The position numbers and the translations under genes are program-made. Below the pieces are notes generated by a model. The model was not told the origin of the DNA and made no database searches. It saw only the letters and a program-made list of their open reading frames with translations. This document shows, one piece after another, positions 22,368-33,822 of a DNA stretch of 64,000 nucleotides. Origin of the DNA: Macrostomum lignano (taxonomy: Eukaryota). The stretch covers positions 186,001 through 250,000 of the forward strand of contig NIVC01000732.1 of the NCBI GenBank assembly GCA_002269645.1, given 5' to 3'. Within the stretch, counting starts at the first letter, position 1. The number at the start of each line of letters is the position of its first letter.

Positions 22368-25300
22368 ATGGCGACACATGTAAACTTCATCAATGGAACA
22401 ACATTTACGCATATTGAAAAAACTATAATAAGAAGCGAGTTTACGGTAAGGAATTGAAAACGTTTACTGGTCAATAATAATAATTATTACTATTTATTAC
22501 GCCTGCATCGTTTGGGCCAAATGTGCAACCGACAGCTCAGTCGCAGCTATTGCGCGGCGCATCTGAAGGCTGCGTACGGCTGTTCAGTCCAAGTGCTGGG
22601 GGGTCGCCACACACAGCCTCAATTACCCCAGCTAATGCTGGCACCCATTTTACAGCTGTGTGAACTGAAGCAATGCAGAGTTAAGTGTCTTACTTAAGGA
22701 CACAAATTGTTCCGAGTGGGATCGGGAATCGAACCCCCGACCTTTCAATCAAGAGTCCGACGCTCTGACCACTAGGCTAAAACCTCCATGTTTACTGGAG
22801 CAAGTCTTGAATACGAGCTAATATGCAGCAAAGCCATATTTTCAATAACCGAGAAACTGGCACGTGTTAAAGACAATCTAATTTACCCTTTACCTACTGC
22901 TTTTTGGCCTTAATTTTCAGATTTTCATCAATAGTGAAAGTGAGCAGTCCAAGCCCATACCGATCTCGGAAACGATTGTTCGCAAACAATTCGGATTTGA
23001 CATGGTCTGCATGGTTGAGCATTTTAACAGTGTGCTGAAGGACATCACTCTGGCAACCAGCTGTGTACCTCTAACTGAGGTGAGCATCTTCTACAAAGCC
23101 TACGAAGGCATCCTGCTCTGCGCCTTGGCCAATCTGCTCAAGCCGGATTCGGTAGACGAAAAAACCATCACCTTGAAACCGGAGCTGCTGGACGATTCGC
23201 CAGACGGAGAGTTGAGAAAAATTGAGAATCGCAATATCGGCATCACAGCCCTGCGCTCTCAGGGTGTCTGCATTAGCCGGCAGTCTGCCGCGATGGTTAA
23301 TATTCACGTGCCGTCTACCATTGCGGCTATTCTCGTTCAGGTGCTCCGGCGAGTCACTCTGGGCCGGATGCACTTTCAAAACTTTGAGCTGTTGGTTCAC
23401 CTTTTCGACGGCTGGTCAAGCGCAGAGGAGGCCAGGTGAGATTGATAATAAATTTTTTAGTTGTTTGTATGAGTAGTGCAACTGCATGACTCTATCGTCT
23501 GATAACAAATCTCCTGATGATGCAATCACAATGGTTGTAAAACTCGCAATCATTCAAACGATGTGCTTTGAATGGTAAGCAATCACAACTAGACATTGCC
23601 TTACAAAAGACTATCTTTACTTGCTGCATTTCAAACGAATTTATACTAAGTTGGTTGGTTTAAAACCGAGAGTGACTGCGTGCAGTATTGGGTCACTTGT
23701 GTGTGTTCAGGAGTCAGCGGACTGTACTGTAGGTCGACCCTGCTGCAAATATTTATTATATAAAACCTATAACTCTCAAGCTGCTTCGTTAATTTCTTTA
23801 TTAAAAAAATCATTCGACACGAATATAGTTCTCGTTGCCTTCTCTCCTTTTGCTTCAATCTGTGTTGCGTCAGTGCGATTCTGGCAACTGATCGAGAGAA
23901 GATGCTGCTGATCTGGATCAATCACCTGTTGAAAAAGGCCAGCACAGATCTGCAGCTGACTAATCTTGGAGCAAACTTGGCCGACTCAAAAGTGTACTCA
24001 ATTCTACTCTGGACAGTGGCGCCCGAGGCTCAGAGAGCTTCGCTAACATCTTCCGAAGACGTCATGAAGGAGACGGATTTGACGAAGCGAGCCGAGCTAG
24101 TTGTTGCCAACGCTGAAAAATTGGGCATTACCGGGATTTTGAGGCCCGAGCACATTGTGAAAGTTGGCAAAGATTCTGCAATTACCTTTGTAGGCCTGAA
24201 GAATATTGTGCTCAATTTGGCATTTCTGTTTCGCATATTTGTCGCTTACCCGAACATCGATGTGCCCAAGATGAAGGACTTGCCGTCTGCTGCTTCTAAA
24301 AAGGCCGCCGCAGTGGCGCCGATGCAGCAGGTCAGCAGTCTGGGCAAACACGGCGCCACTGAGGACTCTCTGATCCGCTGGCTGAACTCGTTCGGCCCTT
24401 CAAGTCCTGTCGTGTCGCTCAAAACTGACCTGTGCAATGGACGAGTGCTGCTTGAGGTTCGTTTCTGTCTGCCTGTGATTGGTCCTGTAGAGCAAATCCA
24501 CTCTTTGTTTTTTCTAGGAATCCTTATACCGATATATACATTCGATAATGGGGAGCCGTAGCCTAGTGGTCCAGCGCAGCTCTCTGATGTACCAGCAGCC
24601 CAAGCTCGATTCCAAGTGCAGTCAGTCTTAATTAACTTCGGGCTAATTTGAAATCTCGGCTTGGCTCTGCTCGTGCAATTCACGCCCTTGAGGGCCAACC
24701 CCCCCCCCCCAAGGCACAGTGAAGTGTACATGCCGCTGTACACTCCTGTGTGAGTGTGTGCCTGTGCGTATGACTGCGTACGTATCTGCGACTGCGCGCT
24801 TGTGTGCCTGCTCAGGAGAGTCGGCGGAACGGGCAGTAATGCCTCTCGCCGGTTGTGTGACAGACTCGAGGCTTGTTGGCGACGCCATCGAACGATCGGT
24901 AAAAACTTGAGTCAGTACGAGCGTAGTTGTGATTTTGATTACTCAATTGATCACGAGTTTGTATATTCTTAATGTTAAGAAGTAGGATTACGGAGCTTTA
25001 AGTTTAAATTTGATACATGAAGTCAATGTATTCGAGTAATGGCAGTCACACGTCACTAATGGCGCAGGGAGTGGCATGCCTGACAGTTAAAAATTCAAGG
25101 TCATTGTTGTGCACCCTGTGTGAGCAAGTGTACGAGCGTATAAATGTGTGTTTGCGTACAGTATCAGTGCGTGTTTGCCAGCATGACTGCGGGTCGACTG
25201 TGGCCTTTGATTTGCGGAAATGGCTACACTGGATGAAGGTCGGGGGTTCTATTCGGCTGATCCCACTGGACCATTTTGTATCCTTGAGCAAGACACTTAA

Positions 25301-27034
25301 CTCTGCACTGCTTCAGTTCACCCAGCTGTGAAATTGGTGCCAGCATTAGCTGGGGTAATTGAGGGTGTGTGTGGCGACCCCCAGTCCTTGGACTGAACAG
25401 CCGTACGCAGCCTTCAAATGCGCCACGCAATAGCTGTGGCTGAGCTGTCGGTTGCACATACGGCTATTAGGGCAGGTATAACCAATCATCATTGTTATTA
25501 TTGGATGCACACAGGAGTCTACTGCTTACTGACTTCTCTTCGCACCATCACGCAGGTGTGGGACGCCATGTTTCCCGGCTGCGTTCCCTGGAACAAGGTC
25601 AAGCTTGAAGAGGTAAACCTGAGCTCTAGACGCAAATTCACCTGGATGGCCAACTGCGACATTGCTATTGGCATCGGGCAGAAACACGGCATCACCAGGG
25701 ACGTCTGCTCTTCTGGCAACATCTCTACTGGCGAGGTAAAGTACATCGCTTCAATGGTGTTCCTCATGATGCGCCTGCACGCCCAGCTGACTCGCAAGGA
25801 GATCATCGGCGAAGACAGCAAAGTTGCCGATTTAGACGATAAAGGGCTGGTTAAATGGTTCAACGAAATGATGGAGAAATATCGCAGCGACTTCCGACTG
25901 AAGAGTGTTGATGTAAGTTTGAGTAAAAGTAGGGCTTTTGGTTCTGGATTCCCCAAATGCCACATTCCCCAAATGTCACATTCCCCAAATGTCACATTCC
26001 CCAAATGTCACATTCCCCACATGTCACATTTCCCAAATGTCACATTCCCCACATGTCACATTTCCCAAATGTCACATTCCCCACATGTCACATTTCCCAA
26101 ATGTCACATTCCCCACATGTCACATTTCCCAAATGTCACATTCCCCAAATGTCACATTCCCCAAATGTCACATTCCCCAAATCTCACATTCCCCAAATGT
26201 CACATTCCCCACATGTCACATTTCCCAAATGTCACATTCCCCACTTGTCACATTTCCCAAATGTCACATTCCCCACTTGTCACATTTCCCAAATGTCACA
26301 TTCCCCAAATGTCACATTCCCCAAATGCCACATTCCCCAAATTTAACATTCCTCACATGTCACATTCCCCAAATGTCACATTCCCCAAATGTCACACTCC
26401 CCAAATGTCACATTCCCCAAATGTCACACTCCCCAAATATAAAAAATCGAACCCCGGCGCACTCTTCATTGCCCTGCAAACTCAGGATCCCAATCTTAAA
26501 AACACCAACGCGCTGGGCTACCTCGGCGAACGAATCCTGGTTGAGAACAACCTGTTGTCAAGCGGTCCGGCCGATTTTCCAAGAAAACCAAAGGTCGCAG
26601 AGGCGGCGAAGAAGCCGGCAGCAGCCGCAGGCACCGCGGGCAAGCGAACGCCGCCGCCAGTTGCGCCGAAACCGAAGATGCCGGCAAAGATGCCGCCAAA
26701 GAGTAAAAATGCAGCCGACAGCAACGCGGAAGAGGACGACGGAGCTAAAAATGAGGAGCCGGCGGCTACGAATGACGACAACGGAGAGGAGGAGGAGCAG
26801 CAGACGCCAGCTGAAGCGCACAACTCCGGCGGTGGCGCTTGGCAATTCAACAGCGTCGAACAGGTGTCGTCGGACCCGGCGCTGCTGACGACATTCTCCG
26901 TAACTGCCATCCTGATGTTCAGCAAGGCAGGGGTCATTGTCTACGCTAGCAAGCTGGGACCGGAGACAGATGCAGCCGTGTACAGAAGTGTCTTGATGGA
27001 GTTGAACGGTTTGTCAATGAAAACCTGCAATTGA
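22368..27034 (+). CDS. Fimbrin/plastin-like paralog 4 (~693 aa)
   Basis: Exons 22368-22445, 22921-23435, 23874-24456, 25556-25912, 26486-27034 sum to 2082 nt in frame, with the same intron phases as the other copies. Confidence 0.87.
22473..22787 (-). mobile_element. tRNA-derived CORE-type SINE, full length
   Basis: On the minus strand: A box TAGCCTAGTGG, B box GGTTCGATTCC, CORE-like block GTGTCCTTAAGTAAGACACTTAACTC...CAGCTGTAAAATGGG and an (AAT)-rich tail. Homologous copies at 25200 and 49535. Confidence 0.85.
24550..24830 (+). mobile_element. Second tRNA-headed SINE-like element (3' end uncertain)
   Basis: GGGGAGCCG TAGCCTAGTGG (A box, 24559-24569) and GCTCGATTCC (B-box-like, 24604-24613). 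The body is repeated at 16845-17040. Confidence 0.6.
25200..25495 (+). mobile_element. CORE-type SINE copy (degenerate head)
   Basis: TCCTTGAGCAAGACACTTAACTC...GGACTGAACAGCCGTACGCAGCCTTCA, same body as 22473-22787. Confidence 0.85.
25951..26436. repeat. 16-bp minisatellite (CCCCAAATGTCACATT)n in intron 4 of paralog 4
   Basis: Tandem units between the GTAAGT donor (25913) and the CAG acceptor (26485). Confidence 0.95.
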
Positions 27035-27295
27035 CACCTCAAGCCTGCTGTGGGATCATTTCTGTTTCAAAATCATCCATTGTGTAGAAGTAACATTGGT
27101 ACATAACTGCATAATGACGCGTCTTGCTAAGCAACAAGCTGGCATGCCAGGTAATACATTTTTGTTTTTCTAGTCTGATGCCGGATCATTTTTGACAACA
27201 ATGGCTAATGCATGATGCAGGCAAAAATACACGGAAACCTACTATAATAATTTAGAATTGTATGAAGCCAAGTTCATCATTTCATACGATTTGAA

Positions 27296-27427
27296 TGCCT
27301 GACTGACTGACTGACTGAATGACTGACTGACTGACTGACTGAATGCCTGACTGACTGACTGACTGAATGACTGACTGACTGACTGAATGACTGACTGACT
27401 GACTGACTGACTGAATGACTGACTGAA
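27296..27427. repeat. (GACT/GAAT)n microsatellite
   Basis: Mixed tetranucleotide array. Confidence 0.9.
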
Positions 27428-28478
27428 TTACATGTAAAAGTCGCTAAAGGAGAGGATGAAATAATAACGAATTATGTCGACATTTGCAGTCAGGTTGCAG
27501 GCAGGAATTCTAATTGGAGGGTGGGGCACAGTTAAACCTACGGGACACCTATATTTTAATGGGTGTCCCTGTTCTCCTGTGGGCGCCCCCTCCCTGTTGC
27601 TTCCACAGTATCTCTTTGGTTGGGCACCTAAATCTCATGCTTGGGCACCCCTTACTCCTTTCTCAGTAACTACTCCGAACTGAAGCAAATCAAGGAACTG
27701 AGAACTGGGACTATACACTGTAGAGAGCTATAAAATCGAAAACCATGGGATTTTTAAGGTCATAATTCATGTAAAAAATATCTGTGGCGAAAAAGAAAAT
27801 ATAATCAATGAATGACTGTCTTTTAATCAAGGCAGTGAGGACGCTCAGAATTTGGACGCTCATGTTGAGCATTTGATTTCTGAGGAATATTTAACCAGTG
27901 TATTTTTAGCTTTCAGAATAAAAATTCAAGAGAGGAAACCTCAATTTCAATTTGATCTGACTTAGATGTACCTTATTCGTTGCACGGGTTTTCGTTATCG
28001 ACTCCGTTTAATGGACACGACTGATTTTAGTAGCAATTCAAAAAGCCTTTTTACAAGAATGTAGAAGAATGAGAAGAATTTGAGAACATTGAATGACAGG
28101 AAGTAAATAAAAGACTGTGTGCAAGGGTTGAACTCCTAAAAAAAAGAATCGTTTAAACTGAAACAGTACTGAAGACTACTGAGTCAGTGTATTTGCGTTG
28201 TTCTCTTTTTGAATAAGGTGATAAATTAATGTTTGTGAGAAAACTATAATAACTATTTAAAACATGTTGCACGATAACTAGACTGTAAACTAAACTGACT
28301 GTTTCATATGCAGATCGAAATGCCGAAAGTACAGATCACTAAATACTGAATTCGAGCAAAATCACTTATCGACTTTCGCTATCTGTCTTATTTTATTGCA
28401 ACTTAGTGAATTTAAGTCTAGTTGCAAATTATTGTCTGTGATCTCATCTGTAATCAGATTTGCAGCTAGTTTTAAAAA

Positions 28479-31400
28479 ATGCCAACTTCAGTTTTTCCTT
28501 ATAATGTCCAGTATGATTCTGGAACTGTTCGGAGAAGATTTTTCATGTAAGTATACGAAAACTTTCATTTGTAATTATGCCATGACATGCATATTTATAC
28601 CAATTTAGTCAAAAACAAAGTATGGATTACTTTAATGTATTTTTAGATAATTAATTTTCTAGAAAGTTAAACTTTTAGTCTGCTACTAAAAATACTAGCT
28701 ACTAGATCAAAGAAATTTGCTTAGCTATTAAAAAACTTAATGAATTTTTTTCTGAAAAATTTTAGGTATCAATCTTTTATCCTTGTGTTTACATTTGCCT
28801 GCTACACAGCTTATCATCTATCTAGAAAGCCTATATCTGTTGTTAAGGTAAGTAAGAAGCTTTAATCATTATATTATTATTTATTATTTTAAATTGTTAT
28901 AGTTCAAGCTAATACTATTAATATTACTTATACTGGAGTTTTATATTCATACATTGCCAAACTATTTTAGAGTGTCCTACATAGAGACTGCAGTGCAATA
29001 GCAGCTGCCAAAGGCATCAAGTTAACAAATGAAAACAAGTCATTCTGCAGTTGGAAACCTTTTGGTAACATATCAGATTTATTTTTCTTTTTGTCTCTTT
29101 ACTAAACATTTTTAAAAGTCAAATCTGTATAATAATTGACTTAAACAATTTTAGATGAAGACAATTATAATGAACTATTGGGTTCACTTGAATATGCCTA
29201 TCTGTTTGCCTATGCAATTGGAATGCTTGTTAGGTAAATCAAATTTATTTAGTTTTTTTCATTTGTCCTTAAAACTGAGGCAAATTCTGTTAGCACTTAA
29301 CAGACTGCTATGAGATGGGGAAAATACTTTTTAGATAAGGATTGAATATTAATTTTGAGAGAGAATCAGACTAAGTTACAATAGTTGGGCAACAGTCGAG
29401 TGTGCATTAGGGGAGAGAATCGGACTGGGTTGGCGAAGGTCGAGTGTACATTGGGGGAAAGAGAGAGAATCGGACTGGGTTGGTGAGGGTCGAGTGTAAA
29501 TTGGGGGAAAGAGAGAGAATCGGACTGGGTTGGCGAGGGTCGAGTGTACATTGGGGGGGAGAGAATCGGACTGGGTTATCGAGGTCGAGTGTACATTGGG
29601 GGGGGAAGAGAGAATCGGACTGGGTTGGCGATGTTCGAGTGTACATTGGGGGGGGGGAGAGAATTTGACTGGGTTGGCGAAGGTCGAGTGTACATTGGGG
29701 GGGAGAGAATCGGACTGGGTTGGTGAGTTGGAGTGTACATTGGGGGAGAGAGAAAGCATGGGGGGCCAGTAGTGCATTTCGCAGCTTCATAGAAGCTCCA
29801 CAAACCACACGCGCAGCGGTCACATTGCTGAGCGCACCAATCTGCGCTACTATCTTGGCTGCGGCATGCTGCTTAGTGGCCTGACAACTGCACTATTTGG
29901 CCTAGGCTACTACTGGGATGTGCACAGCATGACCTATTTTATACTAGTGCAAGTAAGTAGTAAACGTTGCTTATTTGAATCGTATTTTTATTTTAGCACA
30001 AATTTTATTAAATAATAATACATTTCAGATAGCGGGCGGTCTGGTGCAGGCTACTGGTTGGCCAAGCGTTGTGGCTTGCATGGGGAACTGGTTTGGCAAG
30101 GGCAGGTGAGATCCTTGATGCTATGGCCTGGTGCTCTCCCCCATCTCATCACTGTCTCCCCCATCTCACTGTCTCCCCCATCTCATCACTGTCTCCCCCA
30201 TCTCACTGTCTCCCCCATCTCATCACTGTTTCCCCCATCTCACTGTCTCCCCCATCTCATCACTGTCTTCCTATCTCCCTCTCTCTCTCTCCTCTCACAA
30301 TCTTCTCTCAATCTCTCTCTCTCTCTCCTCTCACAAAGAAATTCAATCGATATCGTTTTGGCAGACGCGGCTTCATCATGGGAGTGTGGAACAGTCACAC
30401 ATCCACAGGCAACATTCTGGGCAGCATTCTTGCCGGCCTGTTCGTCAACATCTCCTGGGGGTTGAGTTTCATTGTGCCGGGCGCTCTGATCGGCTTCTTG
30501 GGACTGATGTGTTTGCTGTTTCTGGTGCCCTGTGAGTCTCGAATGTTGATTTCAATGCGCTAGTAACTTAAATTTAATTTCTATTGCTTAAATTCAGTAG
30601 CATATCAGTAGCTGAATATTCTTTATTTTATATTTTTAGATCCATCCGATGTTGGACTGCCTTCGCCTTACGAATATAGCATTGTGAGTAGATTTTTTTA
30701 CTACCCTCCAAAATCCTCAGTTGCTGAGCCAGCCTCCCAGATCCCCAGTTGCTGGGCCACCAGCCTCCCAGATTTCCAGTTGCTGGGCCACCAGCCTCCC
30801 AGATCCCCAGTTGCTGGGCCAGCCTCCCAGATCCCCAGTTGCTGGGCCAGCCTCCCAGATCCTCAGTTGCTGGGCCAGCCTCCAAGATCCCCAGTTGCTG
30901 GGCCAGCCTCCCAAATCCCCAGTTGCTGGGCCAGCCTCCCAAATCCCCAGTTGCTGGGCCAGCCTCCCAGATCCCCAGTTGCTGGGCCAGCCTCCCAAAT
31001 CCCCAGTTGTTGGGCAGCTCAGTCAGCCATGAACTCAACTGTCCGCAGGAAATCCGAACCGATGATGAGCAGCCGTCAAAGCCGCCTCCGTCAGCCTCGC
31101 AGAGCTCATCAAAATCAATGAAAGGAAAAATGTCCCCAAGCGGTAAGTTGGCTACCATCTCTGAGTCGGAGTCTGGAGACTTTGAACCTGATGATGAGGC
31201 GTCCCTAGAGACTGGCAGCAGCTTGGATCGACTGCCCCTCGTTGATGACGAAGAAGCTGGCGGTTCGGGCAAAGGCTTGAATTCGAAAGAGTTGCAAGCA
31301 ATTGGCTTCTGTGGAGCCTTAAAAATACCTGTGAGTGACCGAATGTGTTTTGGAATTGGATATAAAAGACTATCTTTAAAATTAGTAGCATATTTTCATG

Positions 31401-32520
31401 TTTCTACTGTAAGTACTCGTAGAGCAATTAATAAACGTTAATTATTGTTTTTTGTACATGCAATTTTATATCAAATTTACTGTTAGTAGAGTATAATGAA
31501 CATGATTTGAAACTAAGACGCTTATATCGAAATTGATAAATTCAAAATAACAGTGCTTACGGAGCCCTCTGTCTTTGCTACTTAACACTAGCAAACAACC
31601 AACTAATCTTTCAGGGTGTCATCGAGTACTCAATGTGCCTATTCTTTGCCAAGCTAGTCAGCTACACATTCCTCTATTGGCTGCCAAACTACATCAAGCA
31701 TTCCAACGGGTTGGATCCGGAGAAGAGCGCCTTTCTGTCCACCCTGTTCGATCTGGGCGGCATCGCTGGCGGCATTGCGGCCGGACTGCTGAGCGACTGG
31801 ACTGGGAAACGGGCCGCCACCTGCGCGGGGATGCTGCTGCTGGCTGCGCCCATGGTGCGTCTGTGTGTCTGCGTGTGTGTGTCTGTCTGTGTCTGTGTGT
31901 CTGTCTGTGTGTCTGCGTGTGTGTCTGTCTGTGTGTCTGTCTGTGTGTCTGTCTGTGTGTCTGCGTGTGTGTCTGCGTGTGTGTGTCTGTGTGTCTGTCT
32001 GTGTGTCTGCGTGTGTGTGTGTGTCTGTCTGTGTCTGTGTGTCTGTCTGTGTGTCTGTCTGTGTGTCTGTCTGTGTGTCTGTCTGTGTGTCTGCGTGTGT
32101 GTCTGCGTGTGTGTCTGTGTGTCTGTCTGTGTGTCTTTGTGTCTGTCTGTGTGTCCGTGTGTTTGTGTGTGTTGTGTGTGTGTCTGTCTGTATGCATGTC
32201 TGTTTTTCTTAGTGCCTGTCCATCTAAGTAATGCTAGTATTCTGATGAGGACAGGTAAAATACTACAAAATGACCATATTTAGAAGCAAAGTGTCCGAAA
32301 CTTCATGTCGTAAATACCTTTTGAATTGCAGCTCTTCACGTACGAGAAGTTTGGCGGCACCAGTCTGACTCACTCCATAGGTGAGCAGCTCGCTATGCAT
32401 TTATAAAAACTAACTAACTAACTAATTAACTAACTAACTAACTGACTGACTGATTGACTAACTAACTAACTAACTAACTAACTAATTAACTAACTAACTA
32501 ACTAACTAACTGACTGATTG

Positions 32521-32569
<49 letters not shown>

Positions 32570-32650
32570 TTAACTAACTAATTAACTAACTAACCAACTA
32601 ACTAACTAACTAACTAATTAACTAACTAACTAATTAACTAACTAACTAAT

Positions 32651-32733
<83 letters not shown>

Positions 32734-32744
32734 TTGACTGATTG

Positions 32745-32777
<33 letters not shown>

Positions 32778-32828
32778 TTAACTAACTAATTAACTAACTA
32801 ACTAACTAACTAACTGACTGACTGACTG

Positions 32829-32869
<41 letters not shown>

Positions 32870-33298
32870 AAATCCCCACCCACCCCAACACTGGCAGTGC
32901 TCCTATTCATCACTGGCGGCTTCGTGAACGGTCCGTACGCTTTAATCACCACCGCCGTCAGCGCCGACCTCGGCACCGCCTGCGGCTCCTCAGCCAGAGC
33001 CCTGGCAACCGTGACGGCCATCATCGACGGAGCCGGCAGTCTGGGCGCGGCGTTCGGCCCGCTGCTCACCGGTCTGATTGTGCGCACCGGTTGGCGCAAC
33101 GTTTTCTACATGCTGATCGGGGCGGACCTGGCCGCACTGAGCATCAGCCTGTGGGTCTGGCTCCGCGCAGAGTCCGTGTTCAACTGCCGGCAGCTGGTGT
33201 CCGTGACTGTTTACAAAATGCAGTGCAGCGGCATTCGAGTCGTCACCGTTGCTGCTTTGGTCACGGCTGTGCTGCTGCTGTCTATGGCCAGACTCTGA
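28479..33298 (+). CDS. SLC37A2: Sugar-phosphate exchanger, SLC37A1/A2-like MFS (OPA family) transporter, ~572 aa
   Basis: Exons 28479-28546, 28766-28847, 28971-29064, 29155-29233, 29817-29952, 30029-30105, 30365-30531, 30640-30683, 31049-31330, 31615-31854, 32332-32380, 32898-33298 sum to 1719 nt in frame. Signature segments [63 protein letters not shown] and [16 protein letters not shown]. Confidence 0.93.
29396..29755. repeat. ~49-bp minisatellite (GAGAGAATCGGACTGGGTTGGCGAGGGTCGAGTGTACATTGGGG...)
   Basis: About 7 units in SLC37 intron 4. Confidence 0.9.
30140..30262. repeat. 20/23-bp pyrimidine-rich minisatellite (CCCCATCTCATCACTGTCT...)
   Basis: Tandem units in SLC37 intron 6. Confidence 0.85.
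30712..31015 (+). repeat. 28-bp minisatellite family (GCTGGGCCAGCCTCCCAGATCCCCAGTT), array 1
   Basis: SLC37 intron 8. Same unit at 44172 and, inverted, at 63675. Confidence 0.95.
31858..32192. repeat. (GT/CTGT)n mixed microsatellite
   Basis: Starts within the GTGCGT donor of SLC37 intron 10. Confidence 0.95.
32237..32317 (+). ncRNA. Candidate minimal type I hammerhead ribozyme
   Basis: Stem I GTATT(32237-41)/AATAC(32313-17), core CTGATGA(32242-48), stem II GGACA(32249-53)/TGTCC(32292-96), GAAA(32297-300), stem III AC/GT around loop TTCATGTC, cleavage triplet GTA(32310-12). Confidence 0.6.
32408..32866. repeat. (TAAC)n microsatellite
   Basis: Fills SLC37 intron 11, with TGAC and TAAT variants. 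Confidence 0.97.
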
Positions 33299-33384
33299 GC
33301 CTCCGATGACCTTCATCTGTTACCCGCCTAATGCTTCACTGCCTCTAACCGCTCTACTTCTAATCTTTCCCCTATCCCTCACTC

Positions 33385-33822
33385 CTCTCCTAACCCAACT
33401 CTACTTCTCCTTCACCCTTCAACTTCTCTCCGATTCCACCACTCTACTTCTCTCCTTTACCCCCACTCTACTTCTCTCCTTTACCCCCACTCTACTTCTC
33501 TCCTTTACCCCCACTCTACTTCTCTCCTTTACCCCACTCTACTTCTCTCCTTTACCCCCACTCTACTTCTCTCCTTTACCCCCACTCTACTTCTCTCCTT
33601 TACCCCACTCTACTTCTCTCCTTTACCCCCACTCTACTTCTCTCCCCTTCCCCCACTCTACTTCTCTCCCCTTCCCCCACTCTACTTCTCTCCTTTACCC
33701 CACTCTACTTCTCTCCCCTTCCCCCACTCTACTTCTCTCCTTTACCCCCACTCTACTTCTCTCCTTTACCCCACTCTACTTCTCTCCCCTTCCCCACTCT
33801 ACTTCTCTCCTTTACCCCCACT
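33385..33822. repeat. ~24-bp pyrimidine-rich minisatellite (CCCCCACTCTACTTCTCTCCTTTA)n
   Basis: Tandem units downstream of the SLC37 stop. AATAAA near 33945. Confidence 0.93.

Noticed and set aside
22715-22787. tRNA-like sequence with A and B boxes
   Set aside because: No acceptor-stem closure, and it continues into a repeated SINE body, so it is a SINE head rather than a tRNA gene.
23505-23560. Second hammerhead-like CTGATGA with a hairpin
   Set aside because: Lacks GAAA after stem II and has no stem I partner.
25418-27034. 538-aa single ORF as a stand-alone gene
   Set aside because: It is exons 4-5 of paralog 4 read through an in-frame intron, with SINE-derived sequence at its 5' end.
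27490-27680. GC-richer patch with GGGCACC/GGGCGCC motifs
   Set aside because: Possibly a decayed MITE, but no convincing TIR or TSD.
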